64,000 bases of DNA from the NCBI RefSeq assembly GCF_031769215.1, contig NW_026782857.1, forward strand, positions 62,001-126,000, read 5' to 3'. Positions within the stretch are counted from its first letter, which is position 1. The number at the start of each line of letters is the position of its first letter. The translations under genes and the position numbers were made by a program. This DNA comes from Ylistrum balloti (Eukaryota). The notes under the pieces were generated by a model. The model worked only from the letters and a program-made list of their open reading frames with translations. It searched no databases and was not told the DNA's origin. Positions 33,962 to 52,987 of the stretch are shown piece by piece.

Positions 33962-34335
33962 TGATCCTCCTAGGTGACTCCTGTCTCTTTCCTGTCTGAT
34001 CCTCCTAGGTGACCCCCATCTACCTTCCGTCTGATCCACCTAGGTGACCCCTATCTCCTTCCCATCTGATCCACATAGGTGACCTGTTTCCTTCCCATCT
34101 GATCCACCTAGGTGACCCCTATCTCCTTCCCATCTGATCCACATAGGTGACCTGTTTCCTTCCCATCTGATCCACCTAGGTGACCCCTATCTCCTTCACA
34201 TCTGATCCTCCTAGGTGACCCTATCTCCTTCCCGTCTGATCCACATAGGTGACCTGTCTCCTTTCCAACTGATCCACTCAAGGTGACCCCATCTCATTCC
34301 CATCTGATCCAAGTAGGTGACCCCCATCTCCCTTT
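33962..34335. repeat. 33/35-nt alternating minisatellite
   Basis: CTGATCCACCTAGGTGACCCCTATCTCCTTCCCAT variants. Confidence 0.92.
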
Positions 34336-34605
34336 CGTCAAACCCAACTACTCTGTGTGTAATTGTACACAAGAAAGATATGTTGAGGAATGCATGTATT
34401 CTAATATAGAATCATCTATTCATGAAAGAACAACTTTAATTAATGAGAGAACTTTGATAATTAGACATTGCACATCAAACACTACCAACAGGCAACAACA
34501 AAATATCATATACCATGGTCCCAAAAGTATGTGGCCCTGCAAATTCACCAGAACTTAATTGCATTTATATAACAAAATTTTATTTAATTTAGAAAAAGTC
34601 CATCA

Positions 34606-40558
<5,953 letters not shown>

Positions 40559-40795
40559 CTCTGGGAAATATCTGAAATAAAAAGAAGCACTTCAGGTGAC
40601 CTACCATTTAATAATTTTCATTCAACACAGAACTCTGTTTTGAATTAGGAAATCACACACATTATTTTTTCATATACATCTCAGTAATATTAGCTCGGAC
40701 ACTAATAGACAATTGTGATCATATTCTTGAATGATCATCACTGTTACTATAAACCATCAAACACCATCAGTGTCATGGTCATAATCTTAGTTCTA

Positions 40796-40880
40796 GAAGA
40801 AGAAGAAGAAAAGAAGAAGATGATGAAGAAGAAAGAGTAGAAAAAGAAAGAAGAATAAGAAGAAGAAGAAGAAGAAGAAG
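40796..40880. repeat. Imperfect (GAA)n microsatellite
   Basis: agaagaagaagaag run. Confidence 0.95.
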
Positions 40881-43426
40881 ACCATGACGCAATGATTTCA
40901 CTTCCTGCACTTACACACCCTCCAAATGTTAGTATGAGTGTATGATATACTGTTGTAAATTACATGAAAGTACAAGAGTTAATCACTAGAAGGCATGTGT
41001 CAAGGGTCTGATTAAAGCTCTTAAATGGAAGGAACTGACCAGATTATACATTATATTTCTACAAAATCCTTTCCTTGCCTCCACATGGTTCCAATACAGT
41101 ATCATAGTAAACCCTTACATTGGATTTTGAAGATATGTTTTAGGAAATTACAAATCTAGTGATTTCTGGCATTGCATGCAGTGATATTGGTTGTGTGCTT
41201 GTCACATTTAAAATTATTTTGTATTGTTAGATCTTTGCTTGAATCCATTTGTTTTAATTACTATGTGATAGTTTATATTCCTGTTTAATTATGTTGTGTC
41301 ATGGTGTGTTGAAGTTGTACAATCTAACTCCACTACTTCTGAGCCCTCCTTCAACATAATGGAGGCTATGGTTTGTGTTTGAGCGGGTGTAGTATGTTTT
41401 AGTAAATGATGAAAGAGACAGCTGCTTTGATGGACTCCAACAAGTCACTCTCTACAGTGTTCAGGGGGAGATATGCCAATTTTTGATGGTCCTAGTTGGG
41501 AAAAGTGAGTTCTGACGGAGACTGATGTTGGTGGGTAATTGATCAGTATGTTTGTGGTATAGACTAGCTGTGATATCATTATCATATTAACAAGACAGGG
41601 CATACATCTGTTCTCCAATCTGTTGATTTTCTCTAATGTAGGTAGTTTATTATGTGTCACTGATACCGGAGGTGTTTCTGTGCCTTAGTGATGAGACAGT
41701 TTGACCGATATCATCAGAGATAAGTAGAGAATACATGGTCAGTGTTTTAAAATGTAAGCTGTATTTTGGTGAGGGTGTCTTTCTGTCCCGAGATGAAATG
41801 CAGCTTATATTTTCAGACACTAACCTTGTATTTTATTTATCCTGCAACAACGCATGCAAATCACTGTCAAAACTTCAAGAGTTTTCTTGTTCAATCTTTG
41901 TTTACCTGATGTTGACTTTTGTTGAATTTTGTCTGATGACGTACGCCTAAATAATTGCTCCAGACAGAGTTCCAAACTTCAACAAATTTGACGATTTTAT
42001 GAATTTTCTTGCACATTTACTGTCAAATTAACCCACGTGCTAAAATGCAGCTGTTTTCCGTCACTGCCGAATAGAGCAAAATTATATGTGGCAGGTGTAT
42101 TCCGACAATGGCAGCACAAGTTGCAGGATGAATATATACACATGTATATTCTATTGTTGGTCTGACAAGTGATATGTATACTTGTAAAGTTTCTTAGGAA
42201 TAAAGCACAGACTATCACAAACTCTCTCTAAATATATTATTCGAATTTCTTTAGATCTGACTGGATGTGATTATGCCAAGATGTTTTCCTTGTTAACATA
42301 GTATAATATATGGAATTTCAGTACGTAATCATATGCATGTTCATCAATGGTTGTTTTTGTTACTAAGGAAGTTGTTTTTGTTACTAAGGATGGTAAATAC
42401 ATATATTTTGCTATGGAACGTCAGAATAATTCGGACAAGCTGAAAACACATAAAAGTACACATATACGTCTCTGTTATACGTAACTATTAATAATCGGTT
42501 ACACTTCTGATAATGTATCCAGCATATTACAATACACTGGCCTGTACGCTACCTCTTTTTGCTTAAAACGATTTACAGCCTTTTGACTACGGTGGGTCGC
42601 TTCCCCGTAGGCGGTTGAAACGATTGCATCAACTTCGTAGAAATTAGGTCCAATCTTAGACTGCGAAATATCAGCATTAGCAGCAGAAAAGGCCTTAACT
42701 AATCCGAGACTAAGTGACCGAACGTCGACTCGAACATCATTACTTTTTAGAATTCCTGCAAAAAAGCAGGGTTGGTGCAAGCACGTTTCCCGAAATTAAC
42801 TTTAGGCCTATTTAGCTTACTGTACTGTACATGTTACAATGAATCATGCTTAATTTTATGCTTATGTTTTTATATTTGACAGGAAACTTTCAATCTGTGC
42901 GTTCTTAGCTTTACATAAATAATGTTTAACATCCAATACAGGTACGTTCGTGTATCGAGGCCAACCTGACCATTTCAATCGGGTCGTGCAACAGATGCGG
43001 ACTTCCTCTAATTTCTGGTTTGTTTTGATATCGATCGCTTAAGATGTTAAAAATAGCATGGTAGGATTTCCATATAATACCTCAAAACAACAGCTTTATA
43101 TGTGTTTTGACCATATCTTGCCATATATAATTTTCTGTTTCGATTTTGTCTTCATAATATATACATATATAACAAATTACATATGTCTCTATCTCCCTTT
43201 ATCTATTTGGGTCTCGATCTATCCACGGACTTTATCTAAACACGTGGTTTGCCTGGAACGCGTTAACGAGTGACAACAAACGTCGTAAAGCGTCGTAAAA
43301 TATCTTTCAAAAATTAATATAGTTCGCATCATAAAGATATATGTTGTGAATATGATCATAAAACATCCCTGTGCCAGGTTTGAATGAGTTAGCATTGTGT
43401 GCCAAGTTTCAGTTTCATTTATGAAG

Positions 43427-44385
43427 GCAAGAGGCCCATAGGGCCTATATCGCTAACCTGAATTAGTTTGCTGAAATTGATTCATTTTTAAGTAGGGGAA
43501 AAGTGTTTAAAACTCTTGTATCTAATAATAAAATAGACCCACCTCTAAAGGGCGATGAGATGAAGCTGTTTATAAATAACTAGTTCTCTTCACCAAGAAT
43601 GTCTTCAGTTCCAACACAATAAAGATTTTTTTTTTAAAAATGCTCCATTTGGCCCAGGCATTCCTACATAAGTACAAGATAGATTTTAAAGAAATTCATA
43701 GTTTTCCCTATTGAGCCCCACCCATCTGACCCCAGGATTTTCCTTTATCCAACCATGCTTCAGACCAGATCTATAGACAATATCCTGCTATTCCTGAAGA
43801 GCAAGATATATTTTTTAAAAATTAATATATTTCTCTATTGGATCCAACCTATCTGGCCCCAGGGACCCCAAGATCAAAGAAAAAACGTATTTTCCTTCAC
43901 CCAAGCTTGCTTCAGAACAAATCTGGGGAAAATCGTGTGATTTCTTAAAAAAAGTAGATTTTAAAGGAATTCACAGATTTTCCCTTTTGGGACCCATCCA
44001 TCTGGCCCCAGGGGGTCGAGAACCATCGTTTATACAAAACTCATTTCCCTTCATCCAATCATGCTTCAAACCAATGTTGGACAATATTCTGCGACTCCTG
44101 AAGAACAAAATACATTTTAAAGAAATTCATAGATTTCCCTATTAGGTCCAGGGGGGCCCCCGAGACCCACCATTTAAACAAAACTGATTTTCCTTCAGCC
44201 AAGCGTGCTGTCCCTCTTCGGACCAGGTGACCTAAAAACTGGACCTCTTCCCCAAAGGATGTTCCTGACCAAATATGCTCGATAACTCCGTGTTGATCAT
44301 GACAATTAGCAATTTATAGGAAAAGTTGATGGGTGGAAAACAGATGCCCGGAAGGACTTGGCCCTTCAGCTCATGCAAGTTAAAA
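43427..44385 (+). mobile_element. Non-autonomous Helitron/Helentron-like element, same family as 21216-22042
   Basis: caagaggccc...tcgctaacctga start and shared internal blocks (atgcttcagacc, gattttaaagga, cccatctggccc). Confidence 0.6.
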
Positions 44386-45171
44386 TGTATAAATAACAGT
44401 AATTTTTCAGAACAAGAGATATCAATTAAAGTGAAATCAGCACCATGAGAGAGTGTAACTTCCTGCATTAAGTTTATTTCATCACGCAATCATAACCATC
44501 GGTATTCCATTTTTTTGTTCAAGGACACTTAAATTTTTTGGCTGACATTCCCTTGAACCTCCAGTTTTAAAACGGGAGATAATTAAATCCCTGCCCGCCA
44601 TTTGCATCAGATGCGCTGCAATTATTACATTTAAGTGTATCCAAAAGCAGCACCACGAGTGTTTCACAAGTCGTGCAATTTTATTGCAAGCTGTCTTTTC
44701 ATGGTTTTCTGGAAGTCAAACATCGGATCAGGGCTATCAATACAACAATTTTTGGCTCTCTTAATCGCAGCCATTGTCTAGTTACCTTATTGATCGGCTA
44801 CTGTCAGTTTCGTTTCGGTTTGGTGTAGTACATCAAAAATATACTTAACATTATCATCCCAAAATATTAGAGGTGATATCTTAGGGCACACTCTTTTTTC
44901 CATCTCTATAATGTACCATAAAAACCAACAACAGCAACACACACATGCACACAAAACAATAACAAAGAAATAAAGTTGCGTAATCACTCCTACAGGTATG
45001 CCACAGTCACCAATTGAATTCAAATAAATGATTATTAAATAAATCATTAACTCGTTCATTTGAGTAATAAAATATGTTTTAACAATTTTAAAACAAAATA
45101 TTAAAGTGTTTCAATGTATCCGTTACAGTAGCTTAATTTCTTCAAGAAATTAAGTTACTGCAACGGATACC

Positions 45172-45372
45172 CGAGTTATCGTTCCGTATACTGCGAATAG
45201 AGTTATCCCCCTTCCTACTGTTGCATAGTCGCCGAAGTTCATGCGTGGCAACAACACGAATTCCGATATTCGATACGACTATTTCTTTCATTGTGTTCAG
45301 ATTGCTGAACCAGTTTGTAAGATTATCTGAATTTTCTGCTTGTCAACGGCTTTCAGCAGAGAAGATTATCAG
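45172..45372 (+). promoter_or_regulatory. Candidate promoter / non-coding first exon A
   Basis: CpG-richer patch, TGCGTGGCAACAACACG core, ends CAG/gtaagc; homologous to 49891-50082. Confidence 0.45.
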
Positions 45373-47100
45373 GTAAGCACATTTAACCAATGTTCTAATA
45401 TATAAATTCGTTCTTGCTTCGATAAGTGAACGAACATACATTGCGAGGCGTTGACATTGATGTTAAATTAACAGAGAACATAGAGCATTTAACACTGCAG
45501 GATTGTCACATATGTAGGCCTGTATATTGATGAACTTCCATAAACTTTCATTTAATTTATTAATTGATTTATTTGGAAGATAAAACAATCTCATTCCATT
45601 GAGTGTTCAACAGACAAAATGTAATGGCTTACTGTATGGATGACTAGGTAATTTTTCGAAGTCTTTGCCTTTCGATATGTGTCATACAGTAGATATTCCA
45701 CAACGAGTGACGGTTGTTAATTATGTTTATCTAACACGAGTTAGTTGATTTTCAAATTTGGAAAGTAACTTAAAGCACGCAATTTTTTCTAATTCTGAAA
45801 ATAAACTTACCCGAGTTTGATTAACAACCGTCACGTGTTGGAGGACTGGGGACTTTTTTTTATCCCATAACTGTACTGTGTTGTATTGTACCGGGTTTAT
45901 ATTCTCCCAGTGTGGTCACTAGATTCTGTGTTCCGCATCACTACACGACGAAATATAGTTCGTAATGAGGGAACTTCTATTTAAGATGACCTATTAATGT
46001 TTATTGCAATATATTTGTATCTTAAAGAAATGTTTAAAAATTATGTATGAGTAAGAAATGTACACTGTTTGTGTGTTTTATGAATAGAATACCCATTTAA
46101 ATCACCCCGCACTATCAACACGACACGGCGAGGTCGAACGGGAAAGCTTGGACACCTGAAACCAAGATTTAAACTAAACGGTGCCATACTCAGCTATCTT
46201 TCGTTCCCAGGTCGTAGTAGGTGTGTGATTATTGTTGATGGCGATATCAAAAGAGATCTTGAAGATTTTTCATTCAAGACATCGCAATACATACCCGCAT
46301 TGACAGATTTTCAGGAAACCGAGCTAGAGTGATGAGCTTGTGTTACAGCCATGACTGGCATGAGTGTGACACTGTGTTGACGGGGCTGTCACAGTAGCAG
46401 GGGGCAACACATGGGAGATTTTGGGTGGTTGACGTGAGTTCAACATCAAAATGCATTGATTCTTAAAACATTTTCGTGAACGGAAATCGACTGCACTTAA
46501 GAGAAAACAACGAATTTGCCATCAACATACTTGCGTGTATCAAGCGTGTCATGTTATCATATCGTGTTGATTACATATCATTTTATAAGTTTATTAACAC
46601 GAGACAATTATTTACCAAATGGAATTTTATGATTTTGTGTTTGGGATATAAATTTGCAATAAAGGTAAGTGAAATCATTATATAGAATTTATTTTCATGT
46701 TATGTTGGAGACAATATAGGCTCGCTTGCCAATTCCTTCGCCAAGTCATGCCAGCTTAGTTACAGAAGGCTACAAGTGTCATTCGTTAATTTGTGAGTAA
46801 CTTCTCAACTGAATGTGACAATTCCTTGCTGAATGGTTAGTCAATTTTTTTTCCCTTAAATTTTCTCTTTTGTCTCCGAGACCCACGTTAAAACATAATC
46901 TGAATAATCAGCGTGTGACTTAATACAGATCACGACACGGATAACTGTACATGCAAACAATACATTAATGTGGTTTCCCTGTCACTGAAAGCAGAAATAC
47001 CGACAGATTTTCGGTTTTCGTATTTCTTTCATCAGTGACAGACGACAACAAAAAGAACGCGCCAGTGAAGTGTTGTCGGATGTCGAAGTTCAGAGGTTAA

Positions 47101-47176
47101 CCAATCAGACTTGTTGGGGGTCAGAGACGACCAATCGGAGACTTTGAAAGTGTTTTCACACCGCGGCGTGTAAACA
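47101..47176 (+). promoter_or_regulatory. Double CCAAT box plus CHR-like TTTGAA plus forkhead-like GTAAACA
   Basis: CCAATCA at 47101, CCAATCG at 47131, TTTGAA at 47143, TGTAAACA at about 47169, in a CpG-containing patch. Confidence 0.4.
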
Positions 47177-48739
47177 AAAACAGTTGCACACTGCCACTAT
47201 TTTTTCAAGCGGAATATCGGTTAGTAAATAGATGTAGTGATGGGATCAGTGATGTTCTTTATCAAATTACGGAGGCCCATGTTGCGAGTTGTTGTTCGGA
47301 TATGCATTTTTTATAGTTATTTTGGAAATTTTGTGCTTTCTTTCTCGGTACGTCATTAATTCACTCGTCTTTTGACTTAAGCTTAGCACACAGTAGGCCC
47401 CCATCATACTCAAAAATTCTTTGGCCTACGTAGTTTGGGTGGGTGAGGGTTGGACAGTCCCGCACATGCATTCATTAATCTCCGGAATGTGCGGTATGCT
47501 CGTTTTAGACGTTTCCAGGATTTCCACACACATAGCAAAACCATGCAGGACGTTTCACAGAAGTGGATATGTTAAGCGAATGACTGCAAGTAGACCTAAA
47601 GCAGTATACAGGATTCAAATACTTTCTATGATATAGAGTTTCATTACACTAAGCGGATATTGTTAGCTGGTCTAAGATAATGGTAAATGACACAGTGTGA
47701 GCCTGTGAGGTATGAAACTCTTATTACATTTGTATATACAAAGTTTTCCAAGTGAGTTAAATGTTAATACATGAATTACTGATAATATTGTCATAGCTTT
47801 ATATAAATGTTACCAATTCATTTTTCTGTTAAATAAAGATTACGTAGAGTCTTAGTTTTAAAACTAATACCAAATTCAAAGAGATGGAGATAAATTAAAA
47901 AAAAAAAAAAAAAAACGAGACATGAAAAAACACGTGTTCTGTAAGTTTCTGTTTCATCGACGACACATTTGAATCTTAGTAAATAATTAAATAAGTAATG
48001 TCACATCTCCAGATAAGAACAATATAAATGAAAAATAATAACTGAAATATCAAATCAAAATTTATTGAAGATCAATCATAATCTGACGACTGAAAAATAG
48101 GAACGTTGTATAGTTTATATTATTGCTATATTATATATTACACTTGACTTGGCCCTGTTTAACAAGAGGAGGTTAGATAATTTTAAGCCTTCATGTTTCT
48201 ACATCAGATTAAATATTCATTATGATTGTTAGATTTAAGGGATAATTCTGGGTCAGAATTTCAGGGTTTTGGAGAAAGCGGATAGGATTTTACTATGCAA
48301 TAAAGCACATTCTTTGAGATATCCGTGAAGCTTTGGAATGCCAAAGGCCAATTCCAATACAGATAACACCCATTTTACATTTTTATAAGCAAGAATGTTT
48401 GGAGTCGCATCCTTTCATTGATATCCTTTAATTTGATATTATACCCAAGTTGACCGATATTTATTCAGCTATAAACGAACTAGAACAATGTGTATTAAGA
48501 TACAATAAATGCCATTCAGCGCGTGACAATTATGACGAGTTAATGTCGATATGTATAGAAACACTGTCAAAACGGCTGTTCAATATGATGCTGTCGATAA
48601 TGGATAATTTATTTATCAAGTAAATATCTATATGAGACAGCGAGATGGACAGGGAATATAAATATAAACATTGAAACGTCTTGATATGACTCGCATGAAG
48701 CGAATATTAAACAAAACGGTCTTATTGGGAGGGTCTTGT

Positions 48740-49460
48740 TACAAAATAAATACTAGCGAATATTTGCTGATCACACGGTTTGCTACATAAAGCGAATGCT
48801 CGCTAATAAGGAGATCTACTACATAAAGCGAATACTTGCTAATAAGGAGATCTATTACATATAGTGAATACTTCCTCATCAAACGGTCTGTTACATAAAG
48901 CGAATGCTCGCTAACAAGGAGATCTACTACATAAAGCGAATGCTCGCTAATAAGGAGATCTACTACATAAAGCGAATGCTCACTAATAAGGAGATCTACT
49001 ACATAAAGCGAATGCTCGCTAATAAGGAGATCTACATAAAGCGAATGCTCGCTAATAAGGAGATCTACTACATAAAGCGAATACTTCCTCATCAAACGGT
49101 CTGTTACATAAAGCGAATGCTCGCTAACAAGGAGATCTACTACATAAAGCGAATACTTGCTAATAAGGAGATCCATTACATATAGTGAATACTTCCTCAA
49201 CAAACGGTCTAGTACATAAAGCGAATACTTGCTAATAAGGAGATCTACTACATAAAGTAAATACTTGCTCATTAGTCAGTCTATTATTTCAAGCGAATAT
49301 TTGGTAATTAGACGGTCTATTGCATAAAGTGGATATTTGCAGTTAGACGGTTCCTTACAAAAAAGTGAATACTTGGTCTTTAGCCGGCCTTTTACGTAAA
49401 GCGACTATTTACTAGTTAAGCGATCTATTACATAAAGAGAAAACTTACTAATTAAGCGGT
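48740..49460. repeat. 36-nt minisatellite, degenerating to the right
   Basis: CATAAAGCGAATGCTCGCTAATAAGGAGATCTACTA. Confidence 0.93.
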
Positions 49461-49524
49461 CTCTTATATAAAGCAAATTCTTGTCAATAACTTTGCGTTT
49501 TCTTACATAAAGCAAAATTAGACA

Positions 49525-49670
49525 ATTCTTTCACCATAAGGAATATGATGGTATGGGTCCCGTCGAGTAGGGCTGAAGGAATATGGTGGCATATGTCCCG
49601 TCGGGTAGGGCTGAAGGACTATGGTGGCATATGTCTCGTCGGGTAGGGCTGAAGGAATATGATGGTATGG
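49525..49670. repeat. 38-nt repeat, 3-4 copies
   Basis: GTAGGGCTGAAGGAATATGGTGGCATATGTCCCGTCGG. Confidence 0.85.
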
Positions 49671-49890
49671 ATCTCTTTTCTCTTTTATTGTTCGACTAGC
49701 ATCCTTACTATATTGTAGGGAACATAGGGGCGGGGGGGCTCTCTTCTTGTTTTTGAATCGCAAGGAAATTACTACATTAATATATATTAATATTATTGGA
49801 ATATTTAAGTAGTTTCGCTTTAAACAGCACTGTAATTTTAAAAGTTGTAATAATTACCGCATTACATTTTCCACCTGCTGGAAAAATATT

Positions 49891-50082
49891 AGAGTTATCC
49901 TACACGTTCTTCATGATGCATAGAGTTACCTCCCCTTCATATTGTTGCGTTGTCACGTGAGTTTTGCGTGGCAACAACACGGATTTCAGTGGTAAAGGCA
50001 ACTCAATATTGTCGTAGGCTTAAAATTGCTGAAATCACTTAGAAAATCGTCGTATTTTTATCGCTTGTCTTAAAGAAAATAG
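49891..50082 (+). promoter_or_regulatory. Candidate promoter / non-coding first exon B, paralog of A
   Basis: Same AGAGTTA(T/C)C...TGTTGC...TGCGTGGCAACAACACG...ATTGCTGAA...GCTTGTC blocks; ends TAG/gtaagt. Confidence 0.45.
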
Positions 50083-50569
50083 GTAAGTATATCGTTGTTC
50101 TTCATCTAAGTTGTATGTGCTGCTAAAATAATTAGCGTAATGCTAAATTGCTTCAATTGTGTAGTTGATTAAGTGACTAAAATAGTTTCAATAGCATCAT
50201 ACATGTATATCACTGAAAAAAATCGGTTATGTTTGGATTTGAAGCGGCTATTTGCGATAAGGCAGTTCTTTACATAAAACGGGAAAAGGTAACCGCCCGA
50301 TATCGCGGTCCCCTACAGGAAATGATTACCGGCTCTATATGAGCTTCCCGCCAATAAAACGTTTTCTTGCTTGTAGAGTCATTTTAAACTTGAAGCGAAT
50401 ATGATTGTGAGTCAGCCGCCTGTATGGGTTGCTTAACTGTAACCCAAACTCCCTCCCCCAACACCTGTATTTTTTTACCTGGTAAATTTGCTGTTGCTTT
50501 TCACTATGTATACTTATCAAATCATTCTTGCCTGTTGTTGCTGTGTAAAGTATGTTTGTGACTTATAAA

Positions 50570-52775
50570 CTAGTTCTTCTCTCCAATACTAGCTTTATAA
50601 ACCTCTTTGGTAGAACAACATGGTGTAGTTACTCGCCCCAATACTAGTTTTATTAACCTCATTGTAAGAACAACATGGTGTAGTTCATCGCCCCAATACT
50701 AATTTTATAAACCTCCTGGGTAGAACAACATGGTGTAGTTCATCTTCTTCCCAATACTAGGTTTATAAACCTTTTTGGTAGAACAACATGGTGTAGTTCA
50801 TCGCCCCAATACTAGTTTTATAAACCTCCTGGGTAGAACAACATGGTGTAGTTCATCTTCTTCCCAATACTAGGTTTATAAACCTTTTTGGTAGAACAAC
50901 ATGGTGTAGTTCATTGCAACAATACTAGTTTTATAAACCTCTTTGGTAGAACAACTTTGTATATTTCATCTCCCCAATACCAGTTTTATAAATATCTTAC
51001 GTAGAACAACATGGTGTAGTTCATCGCAACAATACTAATTTTATAAACTTCTTACGTAGAACAACATGGTGTAGTTCATCGCCCCAATACTAGTTTTATA
51101 AACCTCTTTGGTAGAACAACTTTGTATATTTCATCTCCCCAATACCAGTTTAGTTTTATAAATATCTTACGTAGAACAACATGGTGTAGTTCATCTCCCC
51201 AATACCAGTTTTATAAATATCTTACGTAGAACAACATGGTGTAGTTCATCGCCCCAATACTAGTTTTATAAACCTCTTTGGTAGAACAACTTTGTATATT
51301 TCATCTCCCCAATACTAGTTTTATAGAACAACATTTCATAGAACAACATTGTGTAGTTCCCCAATACTAGTTTTATAAACTGGGTAGAACAACATGGTGT
51401 AGTTCATCTCCCCAATACTAGTTTTATAAATATCTTACGTAGAACAACATGGTGTAGTTCATCTCCCCAATACCAGTTTTATAAATATCTTACGTAGAAC
51501 AACATGGTGTAGTTCATCTCCCCAATACCAGTTTTATAAATATCTTACGTAGAACAACATGGTGTAGTTCATCGCCCCAATACTAATTTTATAAACCTCC
51601 TGGGTAGAACAACATGGTGTAGTTCATCTTCTTCCCAATACTAGGTTTATAAACCTTTTTGGTAGAACAACATAGTGTAGTTCATCGCAACAATACTAAT
51701 TTTATAAAACCTCTTGGGTAGAACAACATTGTGTAGTTCATCGCCCCAATACTAGTTTTATAAACCTCCTGGGTAGAACAACTTTGTATATTTCATCTCC
51801 CCAATACCAGTTTTATAAATATCTTACGTAGAACAACATGGTGTAGCTCATCGCCCCAATACTATTTTTATAAACCTCTTTGGTAGAACAACTTTGTATA
51901 TTTCATCTCCCCAATACCAGTTTTATAAATATCTTACGTAGAATCTCCCCAATACTAGTTTTATAAATATCTTACGTAGAACAACATGGTGTAGTTCATC
52001 GCCCCAATACTAGTTTTATAAACCTCTTTGGTAGAACAACTTTGTATATTTCATCTCACCAATACTAGTTTTATAAATCTCTTACGTAGAACAACATGGT
52101 GTAGTTCCTCTTCCAAATACTAGATTTATAGACCTCTTTGGCAGAACAACATGGTGTAGTTCATCTCCCCAATACTAGATTTATAAACCTCTTACGTAGA
52201 ACAACATGGTGTAGTTCCTCTCCCCAATACTAGTTTTATAAATCTCTTACGTAGAACAACATGATGTTCATCGCCCCAATACTAGTTTTATAAACCTCTT
52301 ACGTAGAACAACATGGTGTAGTTCCTCTCCCCAATACTAGTTTTATAAATCTCTTACGTAGAACAACATGATGTTCCTCTCCCCAATACTAGTTTTATAA
52401 ACCTCTTTGGTAGAACAACATGGTATAGTTCCTCTCCCCCAATACTAGTTTTATTAACCTGTAAGGTAGAACAACATCGTGTAGTTAGTCTCCCCAATAC
52501 TAGTTTAATAAACCCCTTTTATAGAACATCATGGTGTAGTTCATCTCCCAAATACTAGTTTTATAAACCTTTTTGGTAGAACAACATCATCTAGTTCCTC
52601 TTCCAAATACTAGCTTTATAAATCTCTTTGGTAGAACAATATTGTGTATTTCTTCTTCCCCATACCAAGTTTTTTTAACGTCTTTGGTGGAAGAACATCT
52701 TGTTATTGGTCTTCCAAATAGTAGATCTAGAAACGTCTTTGGTAGAACAACATCTTGTAATTTCTCTTCCCGATA
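50570..52775. repeat. ~55-nt satellite, about 39 copies
   Basis: TAGAACAACATGGTGTAGTTCATCTCCCCAATACTAGTTTTATAAACCTCTTTGG. Confidence 0.97.
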
Positions 52776-52987
52776 CTGGAACAACATTTGTTAAGGTTTC
52801 CGTTAAATGGATACCAATTACAGGGGTTTACGCTTCGATCTGAATCATTGTGGTTTATTGATTTTATTAGAAAACTATATCCTTGCTTCCAAAAACCTTT
52901 GATGAATTGCTTTTGTTTTCATTCCTTTGTCGTTTAGAAATCTTTACATCATTTAAGACATGTCTTTATTTCATTCAAAAGTTCATC

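Noticed and set aside
41300-42220. Coding-like sequence upstream of NT5
   Set aside because: Stops occur in all frames checked and no family motif was recognised; it cannot be called.
46320-46400. Box C/D snoRNA (GTGATGA)
   Set aside because: No matching D box or terminal stem found.
48739-49272. ORFs of 177 and 93 aa
   Set aside because: They are translations of the 36-nt minisatellite.
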